Source of the DNA: an uncultured Gemmatimonadales bacterium
GTDB lineage: Bacteria; Gemmatimonadota; Gemmatimonadetes; Longimicrobiales; Longimicrobiaceae
DNA length: 64,000 bases
Reading direction: 5' to 3'
Assembly: GCA_963716255.1 (NCBI GenBank)
Contig: OY970303.1
Coordinates: forward strand, 4,736,001 to 4,800,000
The notes beneath the pieces were generated by a model. It saw only the letters and a program-made list of their open reading frames with translations, was not told the DNA's origin and ran no database searches. Below are positions 29,747-38,281 of this stretch, piece after piece (position 1 is the first letter of the stretch; each line of letters starts with the position of its first letter). The translations under genes and the position numbers were made by a program.

Positions 29747-30031
29747 TTAGTGGCGTTCGCGGGAGAACTGGTTTCGGATCCATGTGGATTCGAGATGCCA
29801 GTCCGGGACGGAGAAGCCGATCTCCGTACGACAAAACTCTGACCATGCCGCCGATTCGTCTGCATAGATGATCGGTGCACCGTCCAGCGGGTGTAGTCGG
29901 ACCGCACAACGCTCGTCAAGGTAGGCAACAGTTGCCGTCGAGTCATTGGCATCCGTGGAGCACGAAGGCTCCACCCACCCGGGGAACCTTCGCAAAACAT
30001 CCAGCTCGCAAGCTTTCCAGTACCGTGGCAT
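29747..30031 (-). CDS. Small (94 aa) hypothetical protein, probably NRPS-cluster associated
   Basis: Strong SD (AAGGAG) ahead of ATG 30031; MPRYWKACELDVLRRFPGWVE...VAYLDE...WSEFCRTEIGFSVP. From memory it resembles a small YxKAY...F.GW...W.EFC...LGF.vP family seen in NRPS loci (unverified). Confidence 0.7.
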   Translation of the reverse strand: MPRYWKACELDVLRRFPGWVEPSCSTDANDSTATVAYLDERCAVRLHPLDGAPIIYADESAAWSEFCRTEIGFSVPDWHLESTWIRNQFSRERH

Positions 30032-30335
30032 GGGTTGGATCTCCTTCCGAGATGAGGTGTCGAGGCGATCAATTGGCAGCCCCCGGGGTGTATCGATGGC
30101 CCGCCTGCGTGAGTGGAACATCGTAGTGAATCGATTTCCTGGAAGTCATCGCGGGGCGGCATTAAATGCACCTCACCCCACTGCGTCCGGCGTGCCTACG
30201 AACACCAATTCTCCTGCAGCGCCGGCTGACAGAACGATTCTGCGTCGCACATCGACGGCCCATGCCGCGGCGTTCGACATAGAGTAGTGAACGGCGACCC
30301 CGCTCCTGAACCTGCCCTGCCACCCGGAAGGCACG

Positions 30336-31787
30336 ATGACCGATCATCCCGCAAAGCCAATCCGTCGCCCGATCAGGGGGGAAGTGACCGACCTCGGGGC
30401 CGTGGAGCTCGCCGCGGCAGTACGAGCGCGCCGGATCTCTAGCAGAGAGGTAGTGCAGGCCCATCTCGATCGGATTGAGACGGTCAACCCGCGAGTCAAT
30501 GCGGTGGTCGCTCTTCTCGCTGAGCAAGCCCTGCATGCGGCGGATGCCGCCGACGAGGCCGTCCGCGCCGGCGCAGAGCTCGGACCGCTGCATGGTGTAC
30601 CGTTCAGTGTCAAGGAGGGGCTTGACGTCGCCGGAACGCCGACGACCGACGGTGTGCGGGCGTTCGCCGGGGCAGTTCCATCGATTGACGCTCCCGCCGT
30701 GGCAAACCTCCGTGCATCCGGCGCCATTGTCATCGCGAGAACCAACTTGGCCGACTTCGCTCTGCGGTGGCATACCGAGAGCGAGCTCCACGGCGCGACG
30801 CGCAACCCCATCGACCCCGCCGTGACCCCGGGCGGCTCCAGCGGCGGCGACGCGGTTGCCGTCGCCACCGGGATGGTCGCGTTCGGCGTGGGCCACGACA
30901 TGGGAGGCTCGGTCCGGTGGCCGGCGCAGTGCAACGGCGTGGCTGCCCTGAAGCCGTCGTTCGGCCGGATCCCCGATGCCCGTGACCTCCAGCCCACCGA
31001 GCAGCCGTTGAGCGGCCAGTTCATGGCGGTCGCCGGCCCGATCGCGCGCAGCGTGAGCGACCTGCGGACCCTGCTCGCCGTGATGAGCCGGCCGAGCGCG
31101 CGGGACCCGTGGCACGTCCCCCATGGGTGCGACGTGCCGGCCCTCCGCGCGCCGGTGCGCGTGGCGCTCGCAGCCCGGCCCCCCGGCGCGAAGTGCGCGC
31201 CGGAAGTCGAGCGTGCCGTGCGCTGGGCGGGCAACGCCCTCGCGGACGCGGGCTACATCGTGGAGGAGATCGAGCCCCCGGACACCATGGAGGTCGCGCA
31301 GCTGTGGGTGCGGATCCTGGTCGCGGCGCTGGTCCCGGTCTGGGACGAGCAGCTCAGGCCGCACTGCTCGCCCAACTCCCGGAGGTTCATCGAGGACGCG
31401 ATGACGCGCTATCCGCTCGACCCTCCCGAGGCGCAGTACTCGGCGTGGATGGAGCGCCAGGCGCTGGCGCGGAAGTGGAGCCTGTTCATGGAGCGGTACC
31501 CACTCGTGCTCACCCCCGTCTCCATGGAGCCGCCGTTCGCCGTCGGCGCGGACCTGGAGCCCGGCGCGATCACCTCGCTCGTGAGCGACTTCAGGTATCT
31601 CCTGCCGGCGAACGTCCTCGGGCTCCCCGCGCTCACGGTGCCGGTGCGGCGCGCGGGGAAACGGCCGCAGGCGGTGCAGCTCATCGGGCGCTATCTCCAC
31701 GAAGCCGCGTGCCTGGACGCGGGAGCCGCGCTCGAACGGGCGGGGCTCCCCACGCTGCCGGTGGACCCGGTTCCGGGCGAGCCCTGA
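30336..31787 (+). CDS. Amidase signature family enzyme
   Basis: GPLHGVPFSVKE (catalytic Lys), PGGSSGG and GHDMGGSVRWPA (Ser-cisSer-Lys triad motifs); 483 aa. Confidence 0.93.
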   Translation: MTDHPAKPIRRPIRGEVTDLGAVELAAAVRARRISSREVVQAHLDRIETVNPRVNAVVALLAEQALHAADAADEAVRAGAELGPLHGVPFSVKEGLDVAGTPTTDGVRAFAGAVPSIDAPAVANLRASGAIVIARTNLADFALRWHTESELHGATRNPIDPAVTPGGSSGGDAVAVATGMVAFGVGHDMGGSVRWPAQCNGVAALKPSFGRIPDARDLQPTEQPLSGQFMAVAGPIARSVSDLRTLLAVMSRPSARDPWHVPHGCDVPALRAPVRVALAARPPGAKCAPEVERAVRWAGNALADAGYIVEEIEPPDTMEVAQLWVRILVAALVPVWDEQLRPHCSPNSRRFIEDAMTRYPLDPPEAQYSAWMERQALARKWSLFMERYPLVLTPVSMEPPFAVGADLEPGAITSLVSDFRYLLPANVLGLPALTVPVRRAGKRPQAVQLIGRYLHEAACLDAGAALERAGLPTLPVDPVPGEP

Positions 31788-31794
31788 ACCGGGC

Positions 31795-31868
31795 CTCGCA
31801 CAGAGACAAAGAGGTACGGGGAGGGAGTGCCCATCTCTCTCCTCCCTTTCTCCGTGTCTCTGTGTGAG
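31795..31868. repeat. REP-like imperfect inverted repeat between convergent genes (possible bidirectional terminator)
   Basis: CTCGCACAGAGACAAAGAG...CTCCGTGTCTCTGTGTGAG arms fill the gap between the amidase stop (31787) and the Roco stop (31876). Confidence 0.6.
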
Positions 31869-31875
31869 ATCCCTC

Positions 31876-34800
31876 TTAAGTCCGCTCCTTCACGTCCCGG
31901 TCGCGGATCAGCTGGTTCAGGCGTGTCTCGATCTCCTTGCCCACTTCCGTCCACCCGCTCCGCACCGGCTTCATGTCGCGAACCGGCTTCCCCTTTCTCG
32001 GAATCGCGTTGAGATGCCCGAAGGGCTCCCTCGTCCATTCGCACTCTTCAAGGATGATGGGAATGACCACGCAGCTGCCGTTGCGCTCGCGCTCGACTGC
32101 GCGTCGAACCTCCACCCCCCGCACGTAGTCCGACGCAATGAACTCGGGGCTGACCAGCAGGAGCATCACGTCCGCGGTCTCGAGCTCGGCGCGGATCTCC
32201 CGGTCCCAGTCTGCGCCGGGGGGAATGAGGCCGTCGTCCCACAATTCCAGCAGGCCACGCGTTGCCTTCAGGGGTTTGAGGCGCACGAGCAGTTCGTCCT
32301 TGTGGCGGCGATCGGAGCTCGTGTAGCTGATGAAGACGCGGGGACGCCACCGCCACCCCTCACGCTGGAGCGGATCCGAAAGCCGGTTGAGTTCCGAGGT
32401 CGGGTTTACCGCCACCGTTCCCCGCGCCGTCGATGCCGAAGACGAGTTGTGGTTCGTCTCGTCCGCCTGCAGGGTGGAGACGGGCACGAAAATACCCGGA
32501 CGTCCCTCCACCTCGAGCTCCTCCTCCTCCTCGAGTCCACGGATGTCGCCGTGGATCGTCCCGAAGTCGGCGCGGATCACGCCCAGCAGCTCCAGGCGTG
32601 CCTCCCGTGGTCCGGTCACGGTCACGTCGATGCGGCGCTCTTCCGCATCGAGCCGCGCCAGCGCCCGCGCCTCTCCGTCGGCCAGGATTACCCCGCCTCG
32701 CCAGCGGGGGAGCGATGGCTTTCCGTCGCCGGTCTCGTTCAGAGGGTAGGTGCGCGCGATGAAGCGCGGGAGCAAGCCTTCCGGGACGGTAGTGTACCGA
32801 TAGCGGACCCGCGTCGCGCCGTCCTCGGGAGTCCAGTGGGCGGTGAGGTCCGGCTGCTCCAGCGGCAGTCGCTGCGGGACGAGCCATTGATCGTTGGCTT
32901 CGCCTACGGGGATGGCAAGGTCGAAGCGGCACATCAGGTCAACCAGGTAGCGCCGCATCGTCTCCGGCTCGTGCGGGAGCGTTTCGCCAACCGCCTCCAT
33001 GGTCAGCATTCCGCTGCCGTCGTCGCGCACTGCCTCGCGAAGGAGCCGGTAGATCCCGTCCGTGACCCAGCGCGGGTCCAGCACGGTCGAATCGCGCAGC
33101 CGGGCGTCCCGCCCATAGTTCAACGCGATGCCTAGAGTATGGAACACATTGGCGAGGTAACGCTGCCCTCCGTCCTCCCTCTCGCCATGTTGCGCGCAGA
33201 TCGCTTGAAAGGTGGTGTACTCCATGTATGGCGTGCGCCTCTGCGCACGCTCGATCGTCGCCTTGATCTGCAGCCACGGTCGATGGAAGCGCTGCGTGAC
33301 GATCGGCATGTCGGCGACGGTGGTCGCCAGGAGCGATCGTAGCGCGTCGATTCCCAGGCCGGAGCGACAGTCGGTCTCCATGAAGCCCACGATGAAGGGA
33401 TATTTCTCTTGGAGGGCGCGCCGGTCAATGACGAAGGGGGCTGTGGCGAACTTGTTGAGCGCGACGATCACCGGCGACACACGTCCGTTCTCGTCGGTCC
33501 CGAACGCACGGAGGAGACGAAGCCAGTATTCCGCATCGGTTTTCTGCGTGTCTTCCCGCCCTGTGAGCACCACGATGTACACGGTGCTCTCCGACAGGAA
33601 GAAGGCATGAGTGGAGTGAGTCACCACCTGGCCGGCGAAGTCCCAGATGTTGACGCGCACTTTGCGATCGCCGCATGCCAGCTTCCAATGCGTGATCTCA
33701 ATCCCCAGGGTCTCCTTTGGCGAGCGGGCGAAGGTACCCCTGACGATGCGGCGCGCGATCGATGTCTTGCCCGCCGCGCCGCGGCCGACCAGCACCAGCT
33801 TCACCTCGTTCAACGACCGGGCACCGCGGGCTCGTGTGGCGTGGAAGGCATCAAGGACGGTGCGGGGATCGTGAGTGGACTTTTGCGCCACACGCTTGTC
33901 GGGCTGCACGTAAGGGCCGAGAAGCGCCTGCGAGAGGCCCAGCCCGAGGTTTCCCTGCAGCCACAGCTCCTGCAGAGGGAGGCGCTCGAGACCTGGGGGG
34001 AGGTCCACCAGCAGGTTGGAGGAGGCATCGAGCGCCGTGAGCTCACCACACCGGGTGAGGCTCTCGGGAAGGGCCCTGAGCCAGTTGCTGCTGACGTCGA
34101 GCGACTGAAGCCGTGTGAGCTGACCGATCGACTCCGGGAGTACCGTGAGCTGATTCTCACTGACCTCGAGGCACTTGAGCCGCGTGAGCTGCCCGATCGC
34201 CTCCGGCAGCACTGTGAGCTTGTTGTGGGAGGCGCCGAGCCACACCAGCCGCGTGAGTTGCCAGATCGCTTCCGGGAGCGCGGTGAACTGGTTGGAGGCG
34301 ATGCCTAACCACTCCAGCTCCGTGAGCTGCCCGATGGTGTCCGGCAGCGCGGTGAGGTGGTTGCCCCCGACGTGGAACCCCTGCAGCCGTGTGAGCCGCC
34401 CGATCGACTCCGGCAGCTTGGCGAGCCGGTTGTAACGGAGCCCGAGCGTGCGCAACCGGGCGAGCTGACCGATCGACTCCGGGAGTACCGTGAACTGGTT
34501 GTCGTTGGCGTCGATCCATTCCAGCTGCGTCAGCTGCCCGATCGCTTCCGGCAGCGTGGCGAGCCGGTTCTGCTTGATGAACAGTCTCTCCAGCAGCCTC
34601 AGCTCACCGACCGCCTCCGGCAGCACGGTCAGATCGTTGCGGCTGACGTCGAGCTCCTGAAGCCGTGTGAGCTGCCCGACCGCCTCCGGCAGCATGGGGA
34701 GCCGGTTGGCGCGAATGCCGAGCGTTTCCAGGCGTGTCAGCTTCCAGAGCCCCTCCGGCAGCACCGTCAGCTCGTTGCGGCTGACGGTGAGCGTCCGCAG

Positions 34801-35211
34801 CCGTGTGAGCGCCCCGACCGCCTCCGGGAGGTTGGTGAGCCGATTATTGGCGACGTCGAGCTCCTCCAGCTGCGTTAGCCGTCCGAGTGCCTCCGGGAGG
34901 GCGGTGAGCCGGTTGTTGCCGACGTCGAGTGACCGCAGCCGTGTGAGCTGTCCCAACGCCTCCGGCAGCGCGGTGATTCGGTTGCCGCGAGCGTCAAGCG
35001 ATTGCAGCTGCGTGAGCTGTCCGAGCCCCTCCGGCAGAGCGGTGAGCCGGTTGCCGCTGGCGTTCAGCGACTGAAGGTGCGTAAGCTCGCAAAGCGCCTC
35101 CGGCAGCTCTTTCAGGTCCAGCCCTCTCAGATTCAGGTTGAGCGCCCGCGTGTCGCGCGCCTCTGCCACGCGCCTCACCAGCTCCTCAACCGCCGTCGCA
35201 GCAACGCTCAT
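31876..35211 (-). CDS. Roco-family protein: LRR-Roc GTPase-COR-TIR
   Basis: About 17 23-aa LRRs (LxxLPExIGQLTxLxxLDVxxN); G1 GRGAAGKT, G3 WDFAGQ; COR motifs LDPRWVTDGIY and PEGLLPRFIAR; C-terminal TIR VFISY...WDD..I.PG..W...LLVSPEFIASDY...E. SD GGAGG precedes the ATG. Confidence 0.93.
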   Translation of the reverse strand: MSVAATAVEELVRRVAEARDTRALNLNLRGLDLKELPEALCELTHLQSLNASGNRLTALPEGLGQLTQLQSLDARGNRITALPEALGQLTRLRSLDVGNNRLTALPEALGRLTQLEELDVANNRLTNLPEAVGALTRLRTLTVSRNELTVLPEGLWKLTRLETLGIRANRLPMLPEAVGQLTRLQELDVSRNDLTVLPEAVGELRLLERLFIKQNRLATLPEAIGQLTQLEWIDANDNQFTVLPESIGQLARLRTLGLRYNRLAKLPESIGRLTRLQGFHVGGNHLTALPDTIGQLTELEWLGIASNQFTALPEAIWQLTRLVWLGASHNKLTVLPEAIGQLTRLKCLEVSENQLTVLPESIGQLTRLQSLDVSSNWLRALPESLTRCGELTALDASSNLLVDLPPGLERLPLQELWLQGNLGLGLSQALLGPYVQPDKRVAQKSTHDPRTVLDAFHATRARGARSLNEVKLVLVGRGAAGKTSIARRIVRGTFARSPKETLGIEITHWKLACGDRKVRVNIWDFAGQVVTHSTHAFFLSESTVYIVVLTGREDTQKTDAEYWLRLLRAFGTDENGRVSPVIVALNKFATAPFVIDRRALQEKYPFIVGFMETDCRSGLGIDALRSLLATTVADMPIVTQRFHRPWLQIKATIERAQRRTPYMEYTTFQAICAQHGEREDGGQRYLANVFHTLGIALNYGRDARLRDSTVLDPRWVTDGIYRLLREAVRDDGSGMLTMEAVGETLPHEPETMRRYLVDLMCRFDLAIPVGEANDQWLVPQRLPLEQPDLTAHWTPEDGATRVRYRYTTVPEGLLPRFIARTYPLNETGDGKPSLPRWRGGVILADGEARALARLDAEERRIDVTVTGPREARLELLGVIRADFGTIHGDIRGLEEEEELEVEGRPGIFVPVSTLQADETNHNSSSASTARGTVAVNPTSELNRLSDPLQREGWRWRPRVFISYTSSDRRHKDELLVRLKPLKATRGLLELWDDGLIPPGADWDREIRAELETADVMLLLVSPEFIASDYVRGVEVRRAVERERNGSCVVIPIILEECEWTREPFGHLNAIPRKGKPVRDMKPVRSGWTEVGKEIETRLNQLIRDRDVKERT
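33950..35150 (-). repeat. 69-bp coding tandem repeats (leucine-rich repeats)
   Basis: Recurrent gccgtgtgagctg...cgcctccggcagc units at about 69-nt period; boundaries approximate. Confidence 0.85.
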
Positions 35212-35296
35212 ATGCGCCCTCCGATCCTGTTGGCGGCCGGGATCGCTAGGTGGTGATCACCGCCGGACGGGCGGCCGAATGCCTGTGGATAGACGG

Positions 35297-36835
35297 TCAG
35301 CCGCCGGCCGTCGTGCCGAGGGATCTCGCGAACCACGCGTCCGCGTTGCGGCGCACGAACGCCGTCGTCAGGGCGATGTCGTTCGAGACGATCCGGTCGT
35401 TCTCCAGGTGCGGGACCGTTTCCCTGAGCCCCGCGACCACCGCCCTCCCCGCGGGCGACAGCGTCAGCCCGTCCTGCAGCTCCGCCGCCTGCGCCGCCAG
35501 CAGCAGCTCGATGGCGATGATGGTCTCGCAGTTCTCCAGGACCGTCGGCAGCTTGAGCGCGCCGGTGCCGCCCATGCTCACGTGGTCCTCCTGCAGCTGC
35601 GACGTCATGATGGTGTCCACAGACGACGGCGTCGCGAGCACCTTGCTCTCGTTGACGAGCGCCGCGGCGGTGTACTGGGCGATCATGAACCCGGAGTTCA
35701 GCCCCGGCGTCCGCACCAGGAAGTTGGGGAGCCCGCGCTGCCCGGAAAGCAGCTGGTACGCGCGGCGCTCCGCGGCGCTGCCGAGCTCCGCGCAGGCGAT
35801 CGCCGCGAAGTCCAGCGCCATCGCCGTGGACTCGCCGTGCAGGTTGCCGCCAAAGAGGATCGCGTCCTCGTCGGGGAAGAAGAGGGGGTTGTCGCCCACC
35901 GTGTTGATCTCCGCTTCCACCATCGACGCGGCGAAACCCAGCGCCTGCCGGACCGCTCCGTGGATCTGCGGCAGGCAGCGGAACGAGTACGGGTCCTGCA
36001 TCGAGCGGTTCGCGTGCGGGAGCGCCCAGTGGTTGCTCCCGGCCGCGAGCGACGAGAGGTGCGCCGCCACGTCGCGGCGCTCCCGGTGCTCGGTGACGGA
36101 GTGATAGAGCGCGTCGAAGAACGTGCGCGAGGTGCAGAATGCCTGCAGGCTCACCGACGCCGCCACCTCGGCCGCCGCGACCAGGCGCGCGGCCCGGGCC
36201 AGCGACAGGACCGCGGCCGCGGTGATGTACTGCACGCCGTTGATCAGGGCCAGGCCCTCCTTGGGGCCGAGATCCAGGGGCTCCAGTCCCATCTCCGCGA
36301 GTACCGGCCCAGCCTCCCGCAGCTCGCCGCCGAGGTACACGAAGCCCTGTCCCAGCAGCGGCAGCGCCATGTGCGCCAGCGGCGCCAGGTCGCCGCTGGC
36401 GCCCACCGTGCCCTTGCGGGGCGTGGCCGGGATGACGCCGCGGTTCCAGAATGCCAGGAGCCGGTCGACGACGGCCGTGGAGATGCCGGTGTTGCCCGTC
36501 CGGAAGGTGAGCAGCTTCAGCAGCATCGTCGCGCGCGACGTGTCCTCGTCCGCGAAGGCGCCCACCCCGCACGCATGCGACAGGATCAGGTTCTGCTGCA
36601 GCACGTGCATGCTCTGCGCGGGCACGCGCGTCTCGCACAGCGCGCCGAAGCCGGCGTTCACGCCGTAGATGTGGATGTCCTCGGCGGCCTTGGCGGCCAC
36701 GTAGGCGCTCCCCCGGGCGATGGCCGCCCGCATCCCGTCTTCCAGGTCTAGGTGCGGCCGCGTAGCGACGAGCCCCGCCACGTCCTCGATCGTGTATCGT
36801 CCCGCGCCGATCCGGTGCGCGCTCGCGGCATTCAT
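35297..36835 (-). CDS. hutH: MIO-dependent aromatic amino-acid lyase, histidine ammonia-lyase type
   Basis: YGVNAGFG, NLILSHACG (SH specificity pair typical of HAL), GTVGASGDLAPLAH (MIO-forming ASG), QDPYSFRC, GGNLHG, QEDHVSMG. True start is ATG 36835 (ATGA overlap with the upstream gene), not 37513. Confidence 0.88.
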   Translation of the reverse strand: MNAASAHRIGAGRYTIEDVAGLVATRPHLDLEDGMRAAIARGSAYVAAKAAEDIHIYGVNAGFGALCETRVPAQSMHVLQQNLILSHACGVGAFADEDTSRATMLLKLLTFRTGNTGISTAVVDRLLAFWNRGVIPATPRKGTVGASGDLAPLAHMALPLLGQGFVYLGGELREAGPVLAEMGLEPLDLGPKEGLALINGVQYITAAAVLSLARAARLVAAAEVAASVSLQAFCTSRTFFDALYHSVTEHRERRDVAAHLSSLAAGSNHWALPHANRSMQDPYSFRCLPQIHGAVRQALGFAASMVEAEINTVGDNPLFFPDEDAILFGGNLHGESTAMALDFAAIACAELGSAAERRAYQLLSGQRGLPNFLVRTPGLNSGFMIAQYTAAALVNESKVLATPSSVDTIMTSQLQEDHVSMGGTGALKLPTVLENCETIIAIELLLAAQAAELQDGLTLSPAGRAVVAGLRETVPHLENDRIVSNDIALTTAFVRRNADAWFARSLGTTAGG

Positions 36836-38232
36836 GACGCGGCTCCCGGGCCCGGGACGGCGCCCCCGTCCAACTCCGCGCCGATGTCGCGCCGGTAGTC
36901 GAATCCTTCCGGGGTCCTTTCCGGGATCACGCGCTCCAGCCATCCATAGGCCGACTCCCTGGCCGCCCGCACGCTCGGTCCGCGGGCCGATACCACCAGG
37001 GTCGAGTAGAGCCTGGCGCTGACGGTCACCGCGTCGGCGCGCTCGTCGAGCACGTCCACCCAGCCCGTGTAGGCGCGGGTGTGCGGGTCTTCCGCCTCCT
37101 TGGGGACGACCAGGGTCGGGGGGATCCAGTCGTCGGGAACCGGGTCGGGATAGACCGTCGGGAACGCGGCCACCGCGATCGACGCACCCGCCTTGAAGGC
37201 CGGCGTTAGCTCGGCGAGCCGGTCCTCCTGCGTGGCCTGCAGCAGCTCGGCGACCGGCACGTCCAGCCCGGTCACCAGGTTGGCGGTGGTGTTTCCGCCC
37301 GGTGAGCGGGTGTTTACCTCCAGGAGGTAGATGCGGCCCTCCGCGGTCTTGATCAGGTCGACGTTCAGGAAGGTGCGGGGGTGGCGGCCTAGAGCGCGCG
37401 CGAGGTGCTCGCAGAACGGCCCGACGATGGAGCCGGCGATCCACTCGAGGTCGGCGGGCTCCACGAGGCCGGGCACCGTGTTGCCCACGGACACGCCGCC
37501 GGTACCGTCGCACAGCGGACCGGTCTCACCCTCGAACCGGTGCTTGTAGCACACGTTCTCGCCGAGCCGGAAGATGGCGCCGCCGCCGTCGACGAGGCAC
37601 GTGTAGCTGAACTGCCGTCCCTCCACGAACTGCTGCAGCAGCACCCGGCCGCTGTCCTCGATGGAGCTTCGCGCGAACTCCTCCAGCTCCGCCGCCTCGG
37701 GCAGGCGAACCACGCGCGTGCGCCCGGCGGCGCTGCCGCCGAAGTGGTGGCTGTAGTCGCCCACGAACTTGGCGACCGCATGTCCCCCCAGGCCGGCGAC
37801 GGCATCGCGGATGGCGGAGGGATCGGAGGTCTCCAGGGTCCGCGTCAGCGGCAGGACGCCCGTCGGCGGAGGGAACACTTCGAAGATCTTCGTCTTATCC
37901 GTCTCATAGACGAGCTCCCGCGAAGTCGGGCCGACGTACGGCACGCCCGCCGCGGCCAGCGGAGCCTCCACGACGTCGAGCTGGCCCTGGCCGCTCACGT
38001 GCACCGCCGCGTAGCCCGCCAGCAGGCGGTGCACCTCGTCGGCGCTGGGCTCGCACCTCCCGTCGGCGTCGATCCGGTACAGCGGCACGTTCTCGTCTAC
38101 GGCGCGCGCGAGCGCCGCGTTGGGAAGGGTCGGATACGCGTGGACCCGGACGTCCGGCGTCTGACGGTGGATCACGTCCGCGAGGACTTCCTCCGTCACC
38201 GTGTTGCCGACGAGCGCGATCTTCAGGGTCAT
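36832..38232 (-). CDS. ATP-grasp ligase (PurD/GARS-like fold)
   Basis: GVPYVGPT..E.DK, AVAKF, LLQQFVEGRQFS, YKHRFEGETGP..DGTGG and YLLEVNTR mirror GARS ATP-grasp motifs. Confidence 0.78.
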   Translation of the reverse strand: MTLKIALVGNTVTEEVLADVIHRQTPDVRVHAYPTLPNAALARAVDENVPLYRIDADGRCEPSADEVHRLLAGYAAVHVSGQGQLDVVEAPLAAAGVPYVGPTSRELVYETDKTKIFEVFPPPTGVLPLTRTLETSDPSAIRDAVAGLGGHAVAKFVGDYSHHFGGSAAGRTRVVRLPEAAELEEFARSSIEDSGRVLLQQFVEGRQFSYTCLVDGGGAIFRLGENVCYKHRFEGETGPLCDGTGGVSVGNTVPGLVEPADLEWIAGSIVGPFCEHLARALGRHPRTFLNVDLIKTAEGRIYLLEVNTRSPGGNTTANLVTGLDVPVAELLQATQEDRLAELTPAFKAGASIAVAAFPTVYPDPVPDDWIPPTLVVPKEAEDPHTRAYTGWVDVLDERADAVTVSARLYSTLVVSARGPSVRAARESAYGWLERVIPERTPEGFDYRRDIGAELDGGAVPGPGAAS

Positions 38233-38281
38233 GTGGGCGGCCTCGGGGCTCGGGTGGTGGAGGCGGGCGCCTCCGGTCCGG

